Positions 10,842 to 23,035 are shown, numbered from the stretch's first letter. The stretch: 38,416 bases of DNA from Schleiferiaceae bacterium (GCA_964229925.1 CAXRFY010000125.1:1-38416), one strand, 5' to 3'. Notes: generated by a model from the letters alone, not told the origin. A program made the numbers and translations.

Positions 10842-11369
10842 TTATTCTGCCTCGTTTTCGTTGGTTTCAGCAGGAGCTGCGTCTGCGCTATCAGCCGCTT
10901 CTTCAGCTACTACTTCTGCGGGTGCCGCAGCAGGAGCTTCAGCTGCTACCGTAGCTTTCTTGCTACGACGCGTAGACTTTTTCGCTTCCTTCTTCTCGTT
11001 GCCGTAGATATCGTTGAAATCTACCAACTCGATCATGCACATCTCCGCATTGTCACCCAAACGGTTGCCCGTCTTGATGATGCGCGTGTAGCCACCGGGA
11101 CGATCGCCCACTTTCACCGCCACTTCACGGAAAAGCTCCGTAACGGCCTCCTTGTTCTGGAGGTAGCTGAATACCATACGACGGTTGTGCGTGCTATCTA
11201 CTTTAGAACGCGTTACCAAAGGCTCAACGTACTTTTTCAATTCTTTCGCCTTCGCCACCGTAGTGTTGATGCGCTTATGGGTAATCAAAGAGGCAGCCAT
11301 GTTGCTCAACATCGCTTTGCGGTGTGAAGCCGTGCGGCCCAAGTGATTAAATTTTTTGCCGTGTCTCAT
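10842..11369 (-). CDS. rplQ: 50S ribosomal protein L17 with Ala/Glu-rich C-terminal extension
   Basis: [21 protein letters not shown]... is a canonical L17 N-terminus. The last roughly 50 aa are low-complexity A/E/K. Confidence 0.97.
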   Translation of the reverse strand: MRHGKKFNHLGRTASHRKAMLSNMAASLITHKRINTTVAKAKELKKYVEPLVTRSKVDSTHNRRMVFSYLQNKEAVTELFREVAVKVGDRPGGYTRIIKTGNRLGDNAEMCMIELVDFNDIYGNEKKEAKKSTRRSKKATVAAEAPAAAPAEVVAEEAADSADAAPAETNENEAE

Positions 11370-11375
11370 TGCAAA

Positions 11376-12368
11376 TTATTCCTTATCCAGTTTGTATTTG
11401 GTGGTATCCATGCCGAAAGAAAGGCCCAAGTGTGCAACCAAATCTTCCAACTCCGTCAATGACTTCTTACCGAAGTTGCGGAACTTCATCAAATCCGCTT
11501 TCGTGTAGGAAACCAAGTCGGCTACCGTCTCAACTTCTGCCGCCTTCAAGCAATTCAAGGCGCGGACGCTGAGTTCAAGTTCGGTCAAAGGCTTGAGCAA
11601 CAATTTGCGCATTTCCATAACCTCTTCGTCATAGCTCTCTACTTCCTGAACGGGCTCCGCATCGGGAATCATGCGCTCATCGGTAAACAACAAGAAGTGT
11701 TGAATCAAAATCTGAGCGGCATCGGTCAACGCGTCCTGAGGAACAACACTGCCGTCCGTGTGGATTTCCATGATCAACTTTTCAAAGTCGGTCTTCTGCT
11801 CAACGCGGAAGTTCTCGATGCTGTAGTTGACGTTCTTGATAGGCGTGTAGATGGCGTCCAAAGCAATGGTACCCAAAGCAGCATCCGCCTTCTTGTTCTC
11901 CTCTGCGGGAACATAGCCGCGGCCCTTTTCGATGGTCAACTCCATCTCAAGCTTCACAGAAGCATCGAGGTGGCACAAAACCATATCAGGATTCAATACC
12001 TGGAAATTGGCCATGAACGAACCCAAGTCGCCAGCAGTCAATTGATCCTTCCCCGTGAAGCTCACCTTAACAACTTCAGCATCGGCTGAGTCGATCTGGC
12101 GCTTCAAGCGAACTTGCTTGAGGTTCAAAACGATTTCCGTAACGTCTTCGACTACTCCTTTGATGGTAGAGAACTCATGCTCAACACCAGAGATGCGAAC
12201 GGAGGTAAAAGCGAAACCTTCCAGAGAGTTCAGAAGAACACGGCGCAGGGCATTTCCTACAGTCAAGCCATATCCTGGCTCCAACGGACGGAATTCAAAC
12301 TGTCCGTGTGTATCAGTCGTTGCGTTGACAATAACCTTTTCAGGCTTTTGGAATTGAAGAATAGCCAT
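11376..12368 (-). CDS. rpoA: DNA-directed RNA polymerase subunit alpha
   Basis: 330 aa. The N-terminal domain ([18 protein letters not shown]-like) and the alpha-CTD ([22 protein letters not shown]) are both present. Confidence 0.98.
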   Translation of the reverse strand: MAILQFQKPEKVIVNATTDTHGQFEFRPLEPGYGLTVGNALRRVLLNSLEGFAFTSVRISGVEHEFSTIKGVVEDVTEIVLNLKQVRLKRQIDSADAEVVKVSFTGKDQLTAGDLGSFMANFQVLNPDMVLCHLDASVKLEMELTIEKGRGYVPAEENKKADAALGTIALDAIYTPIKNVNYSIENFRVEQKTDFEKLIMEIHTDGSVVPQDALTDAAQILIQHFLLFTDERMIPDAEPVQEVESYDEEVMEMRKLLLKPLTELELSVRALNCLKAAEVETVADLVSYTKADLMKFRNFGKKSLTELEDLVAHLGLSFGMDTTKYKLDKE

Positions 12369-12371
12369 GGC

Positions 12372-12980
12372 TTATTTGGAGTAGAGTTCGACAATCAATT
12401 GCTCCTTAATGTTCTCAGGGATCATGTCACGTGAAGGAACGCTATCAAACGTACCTGACATCGTGGCGTCGTTCCAGGTCACCCATCCGTATTGGTTGGT
12501 GGATGAACCGGTCAATGAAGCGGTGATCACTTCAAGGGTCTTAGACTTTTCGCGAACGGAGATAACATCACCAGGCTTCACTTGCATAGAGGGAATGTTA
12601 CAAACATCTCCATTCACAGTGATGTGGCGGTGTCCCACCAATTGACGCGCTGCACGACGCGTGGGAGCTACGCCCAAACGGTATACAACGTTGTCCAAAC
12701 GGCTTTCGCACAACTGAAGCAACACCTCACCGGTTACGCCCTTAGAGCGTGAAGCACGGTCAAACAAGATGCGGAACTGACGCTCCAAAATGCCGTAGGT
12801 GTACTTTGCTTTTTGCTTTTCAGCCAACTGAATAGAATATTCGGACTTCTTGCCGCGCTTGCGTTGGAAGCCGTGCTGCCCGGGAGGGTAGTTGCGCTTC
12901 TCCAACGCGCGATCAGGACCAAAAATGGGTTCACCAAATCGGCGGGCAATCTTAGTAAGGGGACCTCTATAACGTGCCAT
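12372..12980 (-). CDS. rpsD: 30S ribosomal protein S4
   Basis: [16 protein letters not shown]..., YPPGQHG, S4 RNA-binding domain. Confidence 0.98.
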   Translation of the reverse strand: MARYRGPLTKIARRFGEPIFGPDRALEKRNYPPGQHGFQRKRGKKSEYSIQLAEKQKAKYTYGILERQFRILFDRASRSKGVTGEVLLQLCESRLDNVVYRLGVAPTRRAARQLVGHRHITVNGDVCNIPSMQVKPGDVISVREKSKTLEVITASLTGSSTNQYGWVTWNDATMSGTFDSVPSRDMIPENIKEQLIVELYSK

Positions 12981-13000
12981 TTCTTTCTCTCAGTTAAAAA

Positions 13001-13399
13001 TTATACGCGACGGCGCTTAGGGGGACGGCAACCATTGTGAGGGATGGGCGTGATATCCACGATTTCCGTCACTTCAATACCGCTGTTGTTCAAACTGCGG
13101 ATGGCGCTTTCACGACCATTACCGGGTCCTTTTACGTAGACCTTTACCTTGCGCAGGCCGGCTTCAACGGCAACTCCAGCAGCATTTTCAGCAGCCATCT
13201 GAGCAGCGTAGGGCGTGTTCTTTTTAGAACCACGGAAGCCCATTTTACCGGCAGAAGACCAGGAGATTACTTGACCTTGCGTGTTGGTCAAAGCGATGAT
13301 GATGTTGTTGAAGGTAGAAGTTACGTGAGCTTCACCCACGGCTTCCACTTTAACCTTGCGCTTTTTCGTCGTCTTGGTAGACTTGGTAGACTTAGCCAT
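13001..13399 (-). CDS. rpsK: 30S ribosomal protein S11
   Basis: [21 protein letters not shown]..., [27 protein letters not shown]. Confidence 0.98.
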   Translation of the reverse strand: MAKSTKSTKTTKKRKVKVEAVGEAHVTSTFNNIIIALTNTQGQVISWSSAGKMGFRGSKKNTPYAAQMAAENAAGVAVEAGLRKVKVYVKGPGNGRESAIRSLNNSGIEVTEIVDITPIPHNGCRPPKRRRV

Positions 13400-13409
13400 C
13401 AGTTATGGA

Positions 13410-13787
13410 TTATTTCGTTGCCTTCTTCTTGTTTGCAACCGTCTTACGCTTACCCTTACGAGTACGCGAGTTGTTCTTGGTGCGCTGACCACGGAGGGGC
13501 AGACCCAGACGGTGACGGATACCACGTTGGCATCCAATGTCCATCAATCGCTTGATGTTCATTTGTGTTTCGGAACGGAGTTCACCTTCCACTTTTACAT
13601 TGTCGGTGATCCAGTTACGGATTTCCTGAAGTTGATCATCCGTCCAATCTTGAACTTTGATGTTAAAATCAACCCCAGCTGCCGTGAGGATTTCACGCGA
13701 ACGGGAACGACCAATTCCGTAGATATAGGTCAGACCAATTTCTCCACGCTTGTTTTTCGGGAGGTCTATGCCAGCAATTCTCGCCAT
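13410..13787 (-). CDS. rpsM: 30S ribosomal protein S13
   Basis: [26 protein letters not shown]..., [18 protein letters not shown]. Confidence 0.98.
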   Translation of the reverse strand: MARIAGIDLPKNKRGEIGLTYIYGIGRSRSREILTAAGVDFNIKVQDWTDDQLQEIRNWITDNVKVEGELRSETQMNIKRLMDIGCQRGIRHRLGLPLRGQRTKNNSRTRKGKRKTVANKKKATK

Positions 13788-13806
13788 TTCTTCTTTCTAA
13801 ATGGGT

Positions 13807-13923
13807 TTAACCTTGTCGTTGCTTCAACTTGGGATTCTTCTTGTTGATGATGTACAAGCGGCCCTTACGACGGACAATCTTGCAATCAGCGCTACGCTTT
13901 TTAAGTGATGCTCGAACTTTCAT
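13807..13923 (-). CDS. rpmJ: 50S ribosomal protein L36 (non-zinc C- form)
   Basis: Absent from the ORF track because it is too short. Hand translation of the minus strand gives [38 protein letters not shown], with ATG at 13923-13921 and TAA at 13809-13807. Confidence 0.93.
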   Translation of the reverse strand: MKVRASLKKRSADCKIVRRKGRLYIINKKNPKLKQRQG

Positions 13924-13945
13924 GGTGTGTTTCTAAACAAATCTT

Positions 13946-14161
13946 TTAATAACGGTAGGTAATACGTGCCTTGGACAAATCGTAAGGGCTCAGTTCCAAT
14001 TTCACACGATCTCCAGGAAGAAGCTTGATGTAGTGCATGCGCATCTTGCCTGAAATGTGTGCGGTAACCACGTGGCCGTTTTCCAACTCTACACGAAACA
14101 TCGCGTTAGAGAGGTTTTCGGTGATGGTACCGTCTTGGGTGATTCCTCCTTGTTTTGCCAT
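13946..14161 (-). CDS. infA: translation initiation factor IF-1
   Basis: [41 protein letters not shown]... (71 aa). The start is placed at ATG 14161. The track's upstream ATG (14173) would overlap the secY C-terminus. Confidence 0.95.
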   Translation of the reverse strand: MAKQGGITQDGTITENLSNAMFRVELENGHVVTAHISGKMRMHYIKLLPGDRVKLELSPYDLSKARITYRY

Positions 14162-14162
14162 A

Positions 14163-15494
14163 TTAGAAGGCATTAGTTCGGCCAGACAAACGACCGCCGT
14201 CCATGAGACCGTCGTAGTGGCTGTTCAACAAATAGCTTTCTACCTGCATCAAGGTGTCCAAAACAACACCTACGATGATGAGCAGGGACGTTCCGCCGTA
14301 GAACTGGGCCCATTGCATGTTCATTCCAGCGGTCATAGCCAAGGAAGGAAGAATGGCAATCAAAGCCAACAGAATAGCTCCAGGGAGCGTAATCTTCGCC
14401 AAAACATCGTCAATGTAGTTGCCCGTAGCCTCACCTGGCTTAATGCCGGGGATGAAACCGCCGTTGCGCTTGAGGTCATCGGCAATTTGGGTCGTATTGA
14501 TTTGGATCGCCGTATAGAAGTACGTGAACACCAAAATCAAAACAGCAAATACAAAGTTGTACCAGAAGCCCTGGATGTTGCCAAACACGTCCACCATCCA
14601 GGTAGCACTCGCTCCCTCCATACCGGTGTATTGCACCACGGTCAAGGGGATAAACATCAGTGCCTGTGCAAAGATGATGGGCATAACGCCTGAAGCGTTT
14701 ACACGGATGGGCAAATAGCTGCGACCGATTGTTTTGTTGCTGCCACCTGCTACACGCTTAGCGTACTCCAAAGGAATTTGACGTACCGCTTGCGTAATGG
14801 CAATAGCGAACAAGAACACTAGGTAAATAGCGACCATCTCCAAGAGGAACTTAATCCAGCCACCGCCAGCGGGGCTCAATTGAGTGACCAATTCCTGGAA
14901 AAATGCCTGTGGCAAAGTTGCTACGATACCAATCATGATCAACAAGGAGATACCGTTGCCGATACCCTTCTCTGTGATGCGCTCACCGAGCCACATCGCG
15001 AAGATGGTTCCAGCAATGATGACCGTCCAAGCAGCGAACCAGAAGGTTCCCATGGGCAAGGTTACCGTCACCCCTTGCATGAGCAAGTTGGTAATGTAAC
15101 CAGGTGCTTGGGCAGCTACAATCAAGATGGTCAAGTAGCGAGTGATTTGGTTCAGTTTGCGACGTCCTGATTCTCCTTCCTTTTGCATTTTTTGAATGCT
15201 AGGAACTGCTAGGCCAGCCAATTGGATGACGATAGACGCGGAGATGTACGGCATGATACCCAAAGCCAAGACAGACGCATTGGCAAATGCACCACCTGAG
15301 AAGGCGTTGATCAGTCCCACCAAACCTTCAGAGGCTTGGTTCTGGAGTTGACCGAGTGAGCTAGGATCAATACCAGGAAGGACCACATTCGAACCCAAAC
15401 GGTACACCAAGAGCAAACCTGCGGTCACGAGCAATTTCTCGCGCAACTCGCCGATGGCCCAGATGTTCTTAAGAGTTTGGATAAAACGATTCAT
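14163..15494 (-). CDS. secY: preprotein translocase subunit SecY
   Basis: 443 aa, polytopic. SecY motifs are present ([28 protein letters not shown]). Confidence 0.98.
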   Translation of the reverse strand: MNRFIQTLKNIWAIGELREKLLVTAGLLLVYRLGSNVVLPGIDPSSLGQLQNQASEGLVGLINAFSGGAFANASVLALGIMPYISASIVIQLAGLAVPSIQKMQKEGESGRRKLNQITRYLTILIVAAQAPGYITNLLMQGVTVTLPMGTFWFAAWTVIIAGTIFAMWLGERITEKGIGNGISLLIMIGIVATLPQAFFQELVTQLSPAGGGWIKFLLEMVAIYLVFLFAIAITQAVRQIPLEYAKRVAGGSNKTIGRSYLPIRVNASGVMPIIFAQALMFIPLTVVQYTGMEGASATWMVDVFGNIQGFWYNFVFAVLILVFTYFYTAIQINTTQIADDLKRNGGFIPGIKPGEATGNYIDDVLAKITLPGAILLALIAILPSLAMTAGMNMQWAQFYGGTSLLIIVGVVLDTLMQVESYLLNSHYDGLMDGGRLSGRTNAF

Positions 15495-15503
15495 GGTCTT
15501 CGC

Positions 15504-15950
15504 TTACAGAGTTTCAACAGAACCGCCAGCTGCTTCGATAGCGGCCGTAGCAGAGGCACTGAATTTGTGTGCAGAAACCTTCAAGGCAGCCGTCAGGGTA
15601 CCACGACCCAAAACTTTTACCAAATCATGCCTACCGGCCAAACCGTTCTGCATGAGGGTTTCCAAATTGATTTCCTTGAGCTTCTTTTCTTCAGCCAAGA
15701 GCTGGAGAACGTCCAAATTGATTGCGCGGAATTCCACACGGTTTGGGTTCTTAAAACCAAACTTGGGAACGCGGCGCTGAAGGGGCATTTGACCCCCTTC
15801 AAAACCAATCTTCTTGCTGTAGCCAGAGCGTGACTTAGCACCCTTGTGACCGCGACCTGCGGTACCAGCTGAACCACTACCCTCACCGCGACCAAGGCGC
15901 TTCTTGGTGAACGTAGAACCCGCTGCGGGCTTGATATTATGAAGTGACAT
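15504..15950 (-). CDS. rplO: 50S ribosomal protein L15
   Basis: [30 protein letters not shown]. Confidence 0.97.
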   Translation of the reverse strand: MSLHNIKPAAGSTFTKKRLGRGEGSGSAGTAGRGHKGAKSRSGYSKKIGFEGGQMPLQRRVPKFGFKNPNRVEFRAINLDVLQLLAEEKKLKEINLETLMQNGLAGRHDLVKVLGRGTLTAALKVSAHKFSASATAAIEAAGGSVETL

Positions 15951-15959
15951 ATCTATGCG

Positions 15960-16142
15960 TTATTTAACTTCTTCAACATTCACGAGGTGGCTCACAGTGC
16001 GAACCATACCAGCGATTGCGGGGGTATTCTCGTGTTCAACACTTTGATTCATCTTGCGCAAACCCAAAGCAACCATAGTGGCGCGCTGGTTGGGAGGGCG
16101 GTTGATGACGCTGCGAACTTGGGTAATTTTAATACGTGCCAT
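15960..16142 (-). CDS. rpmD: 50S ribosomal protein L30
   Basis: [33 protein letters not shown]... (60 aa). The start is placed at ATG 16142; the track's longer ORF overlaps rpsE. Confidence 0.93.
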   Translation of the reverse strand: MARIKITQVRSVINRPPNQRATMVALGLRKMNQSVEHENTPAIAGMVRTVSHLVNVEEVK

Positions 16143-16152
16143 GATCGATATA

Positions 16153-16671
16153 TCAGCCGTTAAACACTTTAGAAACTTCAATGCCACGGGTACGTGCCAC
16201 TTGCTTGGCGTCGCGCATCTGGTGCAAAGCCATGAACGTCGCCTTTACCAAGTTGTGGGGGTTTGAAGAGCCTTTTGACTTCGCCAAAACGTCGTGGACA
16301 CCCACGCTCTCCAACACGTGACGCATAGCACCACCTGCGATAACACCCGTACCTGAAGAGGCAGGACGCAAGAATACACGAGCGCCACCGAACTTGCCTT
16401 CCTGCTCGTGAGGGATAGTGCCCTTCACGACAGGGAAACGGTACAAGTTCTTCTTCGCATCTTCGATACCCTTGGTAACAGCTTCAGAAACTTCCTTGCT
16501 CTTGCCCAAGCCGTAGCCACCGATGCCATGCTCGTCACCCACCACTACAATGGCGGTAAAACCGAACGCACGACCACCTTTGGTCACTTTGGTTACGCGC
16601 TGGACGCCTACGAGGCGATCCACCAACTCCAAGCCACTGGGCTTAACTTTCTTTGCGGTAATCTCTTTCAT
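16153..16671 (-). CDS. rpsE: 30S ribosomal protein S5
   Basis: [42 protein letters not shown]. Confidence 0.98.
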   Translation of the reverse strand: MKEITAKKVKPSGLELVDRLVGVQRVTKVTKGGRAFGFTAIVVVGDEHGIGGYGLGKSKEVSEAVTKGIEDAKKNLYRFPVVKGTIPHEQEGKFGGARVFLRPASSGTGVIAGGAMRHVLESVGVHDVLAKSKGSSNPHNLVKATFMALHQMRDAKQVARTRGIEVSKVFNG

Positions 16672-16677
16672 CTCTAA

Positions 16678-17034
16678 TTAGAATTTCAGTCCGCCTTCGC
16701 GAGCACCTTCAGCCAAAGCCTTAACACGTCCGTGGTACAAGAAACCACCGCGGTCAAATGCTACAGTATCGATGCCCTTTGCCAGGGCGATTTCTGCAAT
16801 TTTCTTTCCTACTTGAGCGGCCTTCTCGGTTTTGTTACCGGTCAAACCTTCGCCCTTCTTCACCAAGGATGAAGCAGTCGCCAAAGTGGTACCAGTTTCA
16901 TCGTTGATCAATTGAGCATAGATCTCCTTGCTGCTGCGGAAAACTGCCAAACGAGGGCAAGCTGCAGTGCCTTGAACAACCTTGCGGATGCGCAAGTGGA
17001 TACGGTCTCTACGAGTGATATTTTTCGTTGCCAT
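16678..17034 (-). CDS. rplR: 50S ribosomal protein L18
   Basis: [53 protein letters not shown]. Confidence 0.97.
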   Translation of the reverse strand: MATKNITRRDRIHLRIRKVVQGTAACPRLAVFRSSKEIYAQLINDETGTTLATASSLVKKGEGLTGNKTEKAAQVGKKIAEIALAKGIDTVAFDRGGFLYHGRVKALAEGAREGGLKF

Positions 17035-17040
17035 ACTTCC

Positions 17041-17595
17041 TTACTTTTTACCGCCTGCTTTACCAGCTTTCTTGCGAACGATCTCACCCACGTAGCGAAC
17101 ACCTTTACCTTTGTAAGGCTCAGGCTTGCGCATAGCACGGATTTTAGAAGCGATCATTCCCACCAATTGCTTGTCGTGAGACGTCAATTCGATAATGGGG
17201 TTTTTACCTTTTTCACTGATGGTGTTCACCGTAACCTCAGAGGGCAACTGGAACATTACGTTGTGCGAGAAGCCCAAAGACAAGTCCAAAACTTGACCTG
17301 AGTGGCTTGCACGGAAACCAACGCCCACCAGCTCCAAACGCTTGGTGAAGCCTTCAGAAACGCCAACCACCATGTTGTTGATCAACGCACGGTACAAACC
17401 GTGAGCTGCGCGGTGTGATTTGGAATCAGAAGGACGCGTAACCGTCAATACATTCTCCTCGATGGTTACACCGATCTCTGCGTTAACCACTTGTGAAAGG
17501 GTTCCCTTAGAGCCTTTTACGGTAACCACATTATTCTCCACGGTGACAGTGACACCGGCGGGAATTGTGATGGGGGATTTACCAATACGTGACAT
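17041..17595 (-). CDS. rplF: 50S ribosomal protein L6
   Basis: MSRIGKSPITIPAGVTVTVE.N.VTVKG.KG, PEPYKGKGVRY. Confidence 0.98.
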   Translation of the reverse strand: MSRIGKSPITIPAGVTVTVENNVVTVKGSKGTLSQVVNAEIGVTIEENVLTVTRPSDSKSHRAAHGLYRALINNMVVGVSEGFTKRLELVGVGFRASHSGQVLDLSLGFSHNVMFQLPSEVTVNTISEKGKNPIIELTSHDKQLVGMIASKIRAMRKPEPYKGKGVRYVGEIVRKKAGKAGGKK

Positions 17596-17605
17596 GTCTG
17601 TCTGT

Positions 17606-18004
17606 TTAGTATACGTAGCAGATTACTTCACCACCAATGTTCTTGGCGCGTGCGTCTTTGTCCGTCATCATACCTTGAGAGGTGCTGACGAAAGCGACGC
17701 CCAAACCGTTCTTAACACGGGGCAGCGTAGTTGCTGATTTATAATTGCGCAAACCGGGACGTGAGGCACGATCGATACCGCGGATAACGGGGCGCTTGGA
17801 TGATTTTTCGTACTTCAAAGCCACCTTCAACGTGCCTTGTGGGCCGTCCTGGTCAACCTTGTAGCTAGCGATGTAGCCTTGCTCTTGCAAAAGACGAGCG
17901 ATTTCAACCTTCATGTTGCTAGAAGGAACCTCGACGACCGCGTGACCAGCTTTAGCGCCGTTGCGGATACGAGTCAAGAAATCTGCGATGGGATCGGTAT
18001 ACAT
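17606..18004 (-). CDS. rpsH: 30S ribosomal protein S8
   Basis: MYTDPIADFLTRIRNG..A.H..V..PSS, GGEVICYVY. Confidence 0.98.
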   Translation of the reverse strand: MYTDPIADFLTRIRNGAKAGHAVVEVPSSNMKVEIARLLQEQGYIASYKVDQDGPQGTLKVALKYEKSSKRPVIRGIDRASRPGLRNYKSATTLPRVKNGLGVAFVSTSQGMMTDKDARAKNIGGEVICYVY

Positions 18005-18024
18005 GTTCTTTACAATTCAGTAGG

Positions 18025-18294
18025 TTACCAGCTGCTCTTCTTAACGCCTGGAATCATTCCATTCAAAGCCATTTCGCGGAACGTTACACGAGAGATGCCG
18101 AACTGACGCATGTAGCCACGGGGACGACCGGTCAATTTGCAACGGTTGTGCAAGCGAACAGGAGATGCGTTTTTGGGCAACTTCTGGAGGCCTTCGTAGT
18201 CACCAGCTTCTTTCAAAGCCTCGCGCTTTGCAGCGTACTTGGCTACCAGAGCTTCGCGTTTGCGCTCACGCGCTTTCATTGATTCTTTTGCCAT
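18025..18294 (-). CDS. rpsN: 30S ribosomal protein S14 (long, non-zinc form)
   Basis: [13 protein letters not shown]..., [37 protein letters not shown] (89 aa). Confidence 0.97.
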   Translation of the reverse strand: MAKESMKARERKREALVAKYAAKREALKEAGDYEGLQKLPKNASPVRLHNRCKLTGRPRGYMRQFGISRVTFREMALNGMIPGVKKSSW

Positions 18295-18299
18295 GTCTC

Positions 18300-18839
18300 T
18301 TACTTTTTGAAGGGCATTCCGAATTCGGCGAGAAGTGCCTTACACTCCTTGTCGGTATTGGCGCTAGTCACAAACGTGATGTCCATACCGGCGATGCGGT
18401 TTACTTTATCGATTTCGATCTCAGGGAAGATGAGCTGCTCGGTGATACCCATGGTGTAGTTACCACGGCCATCAAATCCTTCTTTCACGCCCTGGAAATC
18501 GCGGATACGTGGAAGTGCAGACACCAACAAACGCTCCAAGAAATCGTACATGCGCTCACCGCGGAGGGTAACACGAGCGCCTACGGGCATGCCCTTACGC
18601 AACTTGAAGTTTGAGATATCTTTCTTAGACTTGGTAGGTACAGCGCGCTGACCGGCGATGATGCTCATCTCCTCTACCGCGTTGTCTACCAATTTCTTGT
18701 CGGCAACAGCCGCACCAATACCTTGGCTCAAAACGATTTTCTGGAGGCGTGGAACCTGCAGGTCGTTCGTGTACGCAAATTGCTCCTTCAAAGCAGGAAC
18801 AACTTTGCTGTGAAAATCAGTCTTCAGTTTGGGTTCCAT
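18300..18839 (-). CDS. rplE: 50S ribosomal protein L5
   Basis: [43 protein letters not shown]. Confidence 0.97.
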   Translation of the reverse strand: MEPKLKTDFHSKVVPALKEQFAYTNDLQVPRLQKIVLSQGIGAAVADKKLVDNAVEEMSIIAGQRAVPTKSKKDISNFKLRKGMPVGARVTLRGERMYDFLERLLVSALPRIRDFQGVKEGFDGRGNYTMGITEQLIFPEIEIDKVNRIAGMDITFVTSANTDKECKALLAEFGMPFKK

Positions 18840-19159
18840 TACTTCGTGAGGGGTTTGCCAGATTTAACAGAAACGCGAACCGATTGCCCTTTGTCGTTGC
18901 GCTCGATGCGCGTACGAGTAGGAGTACCCGCAGCATCCATCACCATAAGGTTAGACACGTGAACGGGGGCTTCCATGGACTCAATGCCCCCTTGGGGATT
19001 GCTCGCGGAAGGCTTGAGATGCTTGGTGATCATGTTGATGCCCTCAACAACAGCACGCTGCTGCTTGGGGATCATGCGGATCACACGACCGGGTTTGCCC
19101 TTGTCGCGACCGGCGATGACCATCACCATATCTCCTGTCTTAATGTGAAACTTTGCCAT
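18839..19159 (-). CDS. rplX: 50S ribosomal protein L24
   Basis: [25 protein letters not shown] (106 aa). The start is placed at ATG 19159. The stop overlaps the rplE start by 1 nt. Confidence 0.95.
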   Translation of the reverse strand: MAKFHIKTGDMVMVIAGRDKGKPGRVIRMIPKQQRAVVEGINMITKHLKPSASNPQGGIESMEAPVHVSNLMVMDAAGTPTRTRIERNDKGQSVRVSVKSGKPLTK

Positions 19160-19172
19160 TGTATTCTGATTC

Positions 19173-19541
19173 TTAAAGCACTTCAGGTGCCAAGGAAACA
19201 ATCTTCATGTACTGCTTGTCGCGGAGCTCACGCGCAACGGGACCGAAAACGCGCGTACCGCGCATTTCACCGTTGGCGTTCAACAACACACAAGCGTTAT
19301 CGTCAAAACGGATGTACGAGCCATCAGGGCGACGAACTTCCTTCTTGGTACGCACCACCACAGCCTTAGAGACCGTGCCTTTTTTAGCGTTACCAGCAGG
19401 AGTTGCATCCTTAATGGTCACCACAATCTTATCGCCTACAGAGGCGTAACGACGGCGAGTACCTCCCAAGACACGGATCACCAAAACTTCTTTGGCACCG
19501 GTATTGTCCGCAACGCGGAGACGTGATTCTGTCTGTAACAT
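19173..19541 (-). CDS. rplN: 50S ribosomal protein L14
   Basis: [34 protein letters not shown]. Confidence 0.98.
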   Translation of the reverse strand: MLQTESRLRVADNTGAKEVLVIRVLGGTRRRYASVGDKIVVTIKDATPAGNAKKGTVSKAVVVRTKKEVRRPDGSYIRFDDNACVLLNANGEMRGTRVFGPVARELRDKQYMKIVSLAPEVL

Positions 19542-19543
19542 GA

Positions 19544-19804
19544 TTACTTAGCTCTTTCAATGATTTCGACCACGCGCCAAACCTTGGTTTTGCTCAAGGG
19601 ACGGGTTTCCATGATGCGAACGGTATCGCCGTTGTTGCAATCGTTGGTCTCATCGTGCGCGTGAAACTTCTTAGAGAAGGTGATAAACTTGCCATACTTG
19701 GCGTGCTTCACGCGACGAGCGACACTAACGGTGACCGTTTTGTCCATAGCCGAACTGGTGACTACACCAATTCGCTCTTTGCGGAGGTTGCGTTGATTTT
19801 CCAT
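19544..19804 (-). CDS. rpsQ: 30S ribosomal protein S17
   Basis: [19 protein letters not shown]...H..YGKF, HAHDE.N....GD.V.I.ETRPLSK.K.W. Confidence 0.97.
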   Translation of the reverse strand: MENQRNLRKERIGVVTSSAMDKTVTVSVARRVKHAKYGKFITFSKKFHAHDETNDCNNGDTVRIMETRPLSKTKVWRVVEIIERAK

Positions 19805-19813
19805 CGACCTCTA

Positions 19814-20005
19814 TTATTTACCTTGACGGTTAGTGACTTCTGTGGACAAACGTGCCACAATCTTGCGAGTGGACTGGATCACCATAGGGTTATCCATAGG
19901 GCTGATACGGTGCTTGCGCTGCATATCGGCCAAATCTTTCTTGTAAGAAGACAGTTGGTTCAACAACTCTTCTTGGCTCAAGCCTTGAATGTCTTTCATT
20001 TTCAT
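19814..20005 (-). CDS. rpmC: 50S ribosomal protein L29
   Basis: 63 aa; MKMKDIQGLSQEELLNQL...; correct size and position between rplP and rpsQ. Confidence 0.93.
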   Translation of the reverse strand: MKMKDIQGLSQEELLNQLSSYKKDLADMQRKHRISPMDNPMVIQSTRKIVARLSTEVTNRQGK

Positions 20006-20017
20006 GACTGATCCAGA

Positions 20018-20440
20018 TTAAGCGTTAACCAAATCACGACGGGTGACCAACTTGGTCTTGACCGGAAGCTTCTGAGCTGCCAAGCGCAATGCTTCTACAG
20101 CGATATCTTCGGGTACTCCATCGAGTTCAAACAACATGCGACCTGGGCGAATAACGGCTGCGTAGTATTCTACTCCACCTTTACCCTTACCCATACGTAC
20201 TTCCAAAGGCTTCTTGGTGATAGGCTTGTCTGGGAAAACGCGAATCCACAACTGACCTTCACGCTTCATGTAACGCGTTGCGGCGATACGGGCTGCTTCG
20301 ATCTGGCGGGCGGTCATCCAAACCTCTTCCAAGGATTTGATGCCATAGGAACCAAAGGCCAAGGTGGCGCCACGCTGGGCAACACCCTTCATTTTGCCTT
20401 TGAAGGTCTTACGGTACTTAGTTCTTTTCGGCTGTAACAT
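20018..20440 (-). CDS. rplP: 50S ribosomal protein L16
   Basis: [27 protein letters not shown]. Confidence 0.98.
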   Translation of the reverse strand: MLQPKRTKYRKTFKGKMKGVAQRGATLAFGSYGIKSLEEVWMTARQIEAARIAATRYMKREGQLWIRVFPDKPITKKPLEVRMGKGKGGVEYYAAVIRPGRMLFELDGVPEDIAVEALRLAAQKLPVKTKLVTRRDLVNA

Positions 20441-20454
20441 GATCTATATCCGAA

Positions 20455-21195
20455 TTAAGCTTTGCGATTGTTAGGACGGCGACGAGCGGGTCCACGACCG
20501 GGAGCGCCAGCACCTGGACCACCAGCAGAAGGACGCTTGGAAGCACCCAATACATTGGTCAAGTCGCGCTTGCCATACACTTCGCCTTTCATGATCCAAA
20601 CTTTGATACCGATACGGCCGTAGGTCGTGTGGGCTTCAGAGATATGGTAATCGATGTCGGCACGGAAGGTGTGCAGAGGCGTACGGCCCTCCTTGAACTT
20701 CTCAGAACGTGCGATTTCAGCCCCGTTCAAACGTCCGCTCAATTGGACCTTGATACCTTCAGCACCCATGCGCATGGTTGAACCCATGGACATTTTAACG
20801 GCACGACGGAAAGAGATACGACCTTCGATCTGGCGAGCAATTGAATCAGCTACCAATTTGGCATCCAATTCAGGGCGCTTGATCTCGTGGATGTTGATTT
20901 GAACATCCTTTTTGGTCAATTTCTTCAATTCTTCACGAAGCTTGTCTACCTCCGTACCTCCTTTACCGATGATCACACCAGGACGAGCCGTAGCGATGGT
21001 CACCGTCACCAACTTGAGCGTGCGCTCAATGATGATGCGAGAAACATTAGCACGAGACAAACGTGCGTACAAGTACTTGCGAATTGCAGCGTCTTCAGCG
21101 ATTTTGTCGCCATAGTTGCGGCCACCGTACCACTGTGAGTCCCAACCGCGGATGAAACCAAGGCGATTGCCGATAGGATTTGCTTTTTGTCCCAT
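20455..21195 (-). CDS. rpsC: 30S ribosomal protein S3
   Basis: [17 protein letters not shown]; KH domain; basic G/P/R C-terminal tail. Confidence 0.98.
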   Translation of the reverse strand: MGQKANPIGNRLGFIRGWDSQWYGGRNYGDKIAEDAAIRKYLYARLSRANVSRIIIERTLKLVTVTIATARPGVIIGKGGTEVDKLREELKKLTKKDVQINIHEIKRPELDAKLVADSIARQIEGRISFRRAVKMSMGSTMRMGAEGIKVQLSGRLNGAEIARSEKFKEGRTPLHTFRADIDYHISEAHTTYGRIGIKVWIMKGEVYGKRDLTNVLGASKRPSAGGPGAGAPGRGPARRRPNNRKA

Positions 21196-21626
21196 TATTT
21201 AGCTTCGTTTACTTCGGTTACTACAGGAGCTTCGTTGGCGGCGCCTACCACGATCGTAACGTGGTTAGAACGCTTGCGTACACGGTGTGCACGACCTTGG
21301 GGAGCAGGTTGAACGCGCTTAAGCATGCGGCCTCCGTCTACAGAGATAGACTGTACGACCAAGTTCGCTTCGTCCATGGAGACACCTTCGTTCTTGGCTT
21401 GCCAGTTGCTCAAGGCAGACAACAAAAGCTTCTCCAAACGGATGCTTGCTTCTTTGCCGCTGTGCTTCAATACATACAAGGCTTTTGCTACCTCCATGCC
21501 GCGAACCATGTCCGCAACCAAGCGCATTTTGCGAGGAGAAGTGGGGCAGTTATTCAACTTAGCCATAGCCACGCTTTTGCGGGCCTCTTTCATGGCTTCT
21601 GCCGAGGAGTGTTTACGATTTCCCAT
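21195..21626 (-). CDS. rplV: 50S ribosomal protein L22
   Basis: [18 protein letters not shown]...L; 1-nt overlap with the rpsC start. Confidence 0.96.
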   Translation of the reverse strand: MGNRKHSSAEAMKEARKSVAMAKLNNCPTSPRKMRLVADMVRGMEVAKALYVLKHSGKEASIRLEKLLLSALSNWQAKNEGVSMDEANLVVQSISVDGGRMLKRVQPAPQGRAHRVRKRSNHVTIVVGAANEAPVVTEVNEAK

Positions 21627-21632
21627 GGCCTA

Positions 21633-21911
21633 TTAGCGTTTGCCCTTGTCTTTCTTACCAGCGTGACCACGGAAGGTGCGTGTAGGAGCGAATTCGCCCA
21701 ACTTGTGACCTACCATGTTCTCGGTAACGAAAACAGGGATGAAAGTTTTACCGTTGTGAACTGCAATGGTCTGTCCCACAAAGTCGGGGCTGATCATAGA
21801 GGCACGAGACCAGGTCTTAACAACCGTCTTTTTGCCTGATTCTACGTTCTCCATGACACGCTTCTCAAGCTTGTAATGGATGTAGGGTCCTTTTTTTAGT
21901 GAACGTGCCAT
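21633..21911 (-). CDS. rpsS: 30S ribosomal protein S19
   Basis: [51 protein letters not shown]. Confidence 0.98.
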   Translation of the reverse strand: MARSLKKGPYIHYKLEKRVMENVESGKKTVVKTWSRASMISPDFVGQTIAVHNGKTFIPVFVTENMVGHKLGEFAPTRTFRGHAGKKDKGKR

Positions 21912-21914
21912 TGC

Positions 21915-22736
21915 TTACTTACGTTTTTCAATGATGTAACGGTTGCTCGCCTTCTTCGGAGTACGCGTCTTGTAGCCCTTCGCGGGGATACCCTTGCGTG
22001 AACGTGGGTGTCCACCAGATGAACGGCCTTCACCACCACCCATGGGGTGATCAACAGGGTTCATGGCAACACCACGTGTGCGAGGACGACGGCCCAACCA
22101 GCGGCTGCGACCTGCCTTACCACTTTCTACTTGCTGGTGGTCGCTGTTAGAAACAACGCCAACCGTAGCCAAGCACTCTACCAAGATCATACGCGTTTCA
22201 CCAGAAGGCATTTTCAACGTGGCATACTTGCCATCGCGAGCTGCTAACTGAGCGAATGCACCTGCACTACGTGCGATGATACCACCCTGACCAGGACGGA
22301 GTTCAATGTTGTGGATGATCGTACCCAAGGGTAGTTCAGCCAATTTCATGGTGTTACCCACTTCAGGAGCTGAACCCGTACCTGAAACGATGGTTTGACC
22401 CACCTTCAAGCCATTGGGAGCGATGATATACCGCTTCTCACCGTCTGCATACACCACCAAAGCGATAAATGCAGAGCGATTGGGATCGTATTCAATGGTT
22501 TTAACCGTTGCGGGGATACCAAACTTCTCACGCTTGAAATCCACTACACGGTAACGCTGCTTAGCACCGCCACCGATGTAACGCATGGTCATCTTACCGG
22601 AATTGTTACGACCGCCAGAACGCTTCTTAGAAACCGTCAACGATTTCTCGGGAGCATTGGTGGTGATCGCCGCAAAGTCATTCACTGAGCGAAAACGCTG
22701 CCCAGGAGTGATTGCTTTTAATTTACGTACGCCCAT
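21915..22736 (-). CDS. rplB: 50S ribosomal protein L2
   Basis: GRNN.G..T.R..GGG.K..YR..DFKR, GQ..RSAG..A.L, MNPVDHP.GGGEGR. Confidence 0.98.
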   Translation of the reverse strand: MGVRKLKAITPGQRFRSVNDFAAITTNAPEKSLTVSKKRSGGRNNSGKMTMRYIGGGAKQRYRVVDFKREKFGIPATVKTIEYDPNRSAFIALVVYADGEKRYIIAPNGLKVGQTIVSGTGSAPEVGNTMKLAELPLGTIIHNIELRPGQGGIIARSAGAFAQLAARDGKYATLKMPSGETRMILVECLATVGVVSNSDHQQVESGKAGRSRWLGRRPRTRGVAMNPVDHPMGGGEGRSSGGHPRSRKGIPAKGYKTRTPKKASNRYIIEKRK

Positions 22737-22741
22737 GATTC

Positions 22742-23035
22742 TTAGAGATTACCGTAGATGTCGATGGATTCACCGGAACGTACATCAATGATCGCCTTCT
22801 TGAAGGAAGACTTCTTACCCTCCAACATGCCTGCCTTCGTGTAACGCACAATGTGCTTGGCGGGAACGATGATGGTGCGAACGCTTTCAACGTTCACGTT
22901 GTACGCAGCCTCTACGGCCTTTTTAATTTCAACCTTATTGGCCTTCTTATCTACGACGAAGGTGTAGCGATTCCGCCCCTCAGCCTCAGCTGAAGCCTTC
23001 TCCGTAATGACCGGACGAATGAGAATGCTTTCCAT
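22742..23035 (-). CDS. rplW: 50S ribosomal protein L23
   Basis: 97 aa; [11 protein letters not shown]...[21 protein letters not shown]. Confidence 0.96.
   Translation of the reverse strand: MESILIRPVITEKASAEAEGRNRYTFVVDKKANKVEIKKAVEAAYNVNVESVRTIIVPAKHIVRYTKAGMLEGKKSSFKKAIIDVRSGESIDIYGNL

Noticed and set aside
14162-14173. Longer N-terminal starts offered by the track for infA (14173), rpmD (16187) and rplX (19201)
   Set aside because: Each extension overlaps the upstream gene's C-terminus and adds non-conserved residues ahead of a canonical family N-terminus (MAKQ..., MARIKITQ..., [10 protein letters not shown]...). The internal ATGs were chosen.
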